This document shows positions 61,710 to 64,000 of a DNA stretch of 64,000 nt, one piece after another. The DNA is from Desulfobacteraceae bacterium (GTDB taxonomy: Bacteria; Desulfobacterota; Desulfobacteria; Desulfobacterales; JAABSP01), in assembly GCA_011390345.1 (NCBI GenBank), contig JAABSP010000012.1:7846-71845 (forward strand), given 5' to 3'. The notes below the pieces were generated by a model that worked only from the letters and a program-made list of their open reading frames with translations, ran no database searches and was not told the origin of the DNA. Position numbers and translations under genes: made by a program. The first letter of the stretch is position 1, and every line of letters starts with the position of its first letter.

Positions 61710-63980
61710 TTAGCTGATGCAGACCTTCTTCACCTGCAACAGATCGGTTGCACCGCCGAAGATCTTTTCAACGCCGTCCTGCTTCAGTGTCCGCATCCCC
61801 TCCTCGATGGCCTGCGTCTGAATGTCCTTGACCCGGGCCTGGGTCTGGATCAGCTTCTTGATCTCGTCGGTGCCGACCAGCAGCTCATGGATGCCCATCC
61901 GGCCCCGGTATCCGGTGTTGTTGCACTTGTCGCACCCTTCAGGCTTGTACAGAGTGACATCGCTGAGCGGAATCTTCAGGTTCTTGTGGAAATCCTTCTC
62001 CCCATACTCCCGGATCAGGTTCTCATACTCCTGCTTATTGGGCGTGTACGGCTTCTTGCAGTCCTTGCAGAGGGTCCGGAGCAGCCGCTGGGCCATAATC
62101 CCGAGCATTGCGTCGGCAAAGTTGAAGGGGTCCATGCCCATGTCCAAAAGACGGGTGATACTCTCGGGCGCGGAGTTGGTATGGAGAGTCGAGAAGACAA
62201 GGTGGCCCGTGAGGGAGGCCTCGATGCCGATGGCAGTCGTCTCCTTGTCCCGCATTTCACCGACCATGATCACGTCCGGGTCAGCACGGAGAAAGGCGCG
62301 CATGGCAGACGCGAAGTTGAGGCCGATCTTGGGCTGCATCTGCACCTGGCGCAGACCCTTCTGGGTGATTTCAACCGGGTCCTCCGCGGTCCAGATCTTC
62401 CTGTCAACGGTGTTGATGACCTTCAAGGCCGAGTGAAGCGTGGTGGTCTTACCGGAACCGGTGGGGCCGCAGACGAAGATGATCCCGTAGGGCTGCTTGA
62501 TGATTTCCAGAAACCGGTTCCGGTTGATGTCGGCAAAGCCGAGCTTGTCAAATGGGATGGGCTCGCCGGCCGCGAGGATACGCATGACGATATCCTCCAG
62601 GCCCCCCTGGGTCGGGATGGTGGCAACACGAAGCTCGATATCGAGTCCGCCGTACTTCTTGAAGGGGATCTTACCGTCCTGGGGCTTGCGCCGTTCCGCG
62701 ATGTCGAGCCCCGACATGATCTTGATCCGGGAGGCGATGGCATTCCGATGGGTATACGGGATCTTCATGGGATACCACTGGCACGCGCCGTCGATCCGGG
62801 TCCGGATCCTGACATCCTCTTTTCCGGGCTGGGGCTCGATATGGATATCCGAGACATTGCTGTGGAAAGAGTCGATGATGATCTTGTTGACGAGCTTCAC
62901 CACCGCACTGCTCTCCTCGCTGACCAGCGAATCCTCCTCCGAGCTTTCATCATCCCCCTCAACCCCCTTCAACAGCTCATCTGAAAGCGCCTCGATATCG
63001 ATGTCGGCCGGCTCGGGCGCGGATTTCTTCTTCCCCTCGGTGAAGAGCCGGATATATTCGAGGATATCTTCTTTGGTAGCAACAATGAACTCGAGGGGAT
63101 TGTTGGGAAAGACCGATTTGATCGCACCAATCTTCTGGAAGTTCTGCGGATCATCGATGACGATGATGATCTTGTCCTTCTCGATGCGCAGGGGAACCCA
63201 TAGATTGTTGCGCATAAAGGGAACTTTGACCCCCCGGAGAAGATCCTTGGGAATCGGGGTCTCCTCATTGTATTCAATGGCCGGGGCTCCGTGATATTTG
63301 CCCAGGGATTCGACAATATCCTTCTTGGCAACGCTGTAGCGGTTCATCAGGACGTTTTCGATGTTGTCCCGGTTCCGGGCCGCATCATCCTGAGCCGCTT
63401 TCAGATCTTTGGGGGAGACGATATGGTTCTGGAGAAGGTGCGTGTATTTATGATTGGACTGGCGCTGGGTTCTCTTGAGATTGTGCAGACCGATGCCGAT
63501 GATCTTGGCCAGTTCCATCAGGGCCTTCTCATCCAGCTTCGTAAACGGGGTGCCGTCCTTGTGATTGATGAGCTGGATCGCCCCCATCAGATACCGCTGG
63601 AAAAAGATGGGCGCCGCCAGCACCTGTTTTGTGACAAAGCCGCTCTTTTCGTCCCAGTTCTTGTTGAACTTGAGTTCAGGATCGATGGAGGCCAGTTCCT
63701 TGTCGTCATATGCATTTTTGATATTGACGAGCTTCTGCCTGTGCGCGGCATAGCCGGAGATGCTCTCCGAGGAGACCTTGGTGCGGATCTCTTTGGTATC
63801 ATTTCCGGTCTTGTACTGGGAGACGAGTTCCCGCTTCTCACCGTCGAGCACATAGATGGTGATCCGCTCCGCCTTGAAAAGATCCGCGATCTCTCCGACA
63901 AGACTGACAAGGATTTCATGCAGGTTTTTGGCCCCATAGATCTTGCTCGCGATCTTCTGGAACTGGATTTTGAACTGCAT
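61710..63980 (-). CDS. GspE/PilB-family secretion ATPase with N-terminal GAF domain
   Basis: The GAF-like N-terminus is LHEILVSLVGEIADLFKAERITIYVLDGEKRELVS. Walker A is VCGPTGSGKTTTL. The Asp and His boxes are present (IMVGEMRD, GHLVFSTLHTN). The tetracysteine is CKDC...CDKC. Confidence 0.88.
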   Translation of the reverse strand: MQFKIQFQKIASKIYGAKNLHEILVSLVGEIADLFKAERITIYVLDGEKRELVSQYKTGNDTKEIRTKVSSESISGYAAHRQKLVNIKNAYDDKELASIDPELKFNKNWDEKSGFVTKQVLAAPIFFQRYLMGAIQLINHKDGTPFTKLDEKALMELAKIIGIGLHNLKRTQRQSNHKYTHLLQNHIVSPKDLKAAQDDAARNRDNIENVLMNRYSVAKKDIVESLGKYHGAPAIEYNEETPIPKDLLRGVKVPFMRNNLWVPLRIEKDKIIIVIDDPQNFQKIGAIKSVFPNNPLEFIVATKEDILEYIRLFTEGKKKSAPEPADIDIEALSDELLKGVEGDDESSEEDSLVSEESSAVVKLVNKIIIDSFHSNVSDIHIEPQPGKEDVRIRTRIDGACQWYPMKIPYTHRNAIASRIKIMSGLDIAERRKPQDGKIPFKKYGGLDIELRVATIPTQGGLEDIVMRILAAGEPIPFDKLGFADINRNRFLEIIKQPYGIIFVCGPTGSGKTTTLHSALKVINTVDRKIWTAEDPVEITQKGLRQVQMQPKIGLNFASAMRAFLRADPDVIMVGEMRDKETTAIGIEASLTGHLVFSTLHTNSAPESITRLLDMGMDPFNFADAMLGIMAQRLLRTLCKDCKKPYTPNKQEYENLIREYGEKDFHKNLKIPLSDVTLYKPEGCDKCNNTGYRGRMGIHELLVGTDEIKKLIQTQARVKDIQTQAIEEGMRTLKQDGVEKIFGGATDLLQVKKVCIS

Positions 63981-64000
63981 GTCGGTCCGGGGCGTCTGTG

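Overview
This is a GC-rich bacterial chromosomal window. Gene content and codon style look Desulfobacterota/deltaproteobacterial, but that is inference only. I can support about 50 protein-coding genes, one tRNA-Ala(CGC), and a few promoter, terminator and repeat elements. I saw no rRNA, CRISPR array, transposase or integrase.

Housekeeping genes dominate:
- dnaG 5' part, hisB, hisA, lysC, moaC, mltA, tatA/B-tatC, ilvA, maf, yggS and queH
- a Yej-type peptide ABC importer, a ClC channel and two aminotransferases

Three blocks stand out.
1. 11.4-22.8 kb (minus strand) is a five-gene operon. It encodes a TolC-like lipoprotein fused to SPOR, then a 1531-aa acidic repeat protein. That protein has an N-terminal LEPR-XLL-like motif and a Cys-rich C-terminal domain. 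A hairpin follows, then an M50-peptidase::HlyD fusion and two further HlyD adaptors, one carrying a GAF-like N-terminus. No ABC, RND or MFS energiser is present. I read this as a candidate undescribed ABC-less envelope-spanning export system for a giant adhesin.
2. 38.9-49.3 kb carries a 1251-aa BrxC/PglY-like P-loop ATPase and a nitroreductase. The nitroreductase is translationally coupled to a 1605-aa ORF that fuses a catalytically degenerate Ski2/HelY-like helicase to an intact M1 aminopeptidase. Two tandem Uma2 endonuclease paralogs follow. This may be a defence or surveillance island.
3. There are two orphan YcaO-domain genes. One is a YcaO-TPR fusion followed by a CopZ-like gene. The other is translationally coupled to tatC and followed by an AAA_28 ATPase. 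Neither has a recognisable RiPP partner or precursor.

Three toxin-antitoxin-like pairs or relatives are present: VapBC, DUF4258/YgiT in an AT-rich islet, and the Uma2 pair.

Most other long ORFs in the six-frame track are antisense shadows of real genes, as expected in GC3-biased DNA. All family assignments rest on motif recognition by eye; no searches were run.
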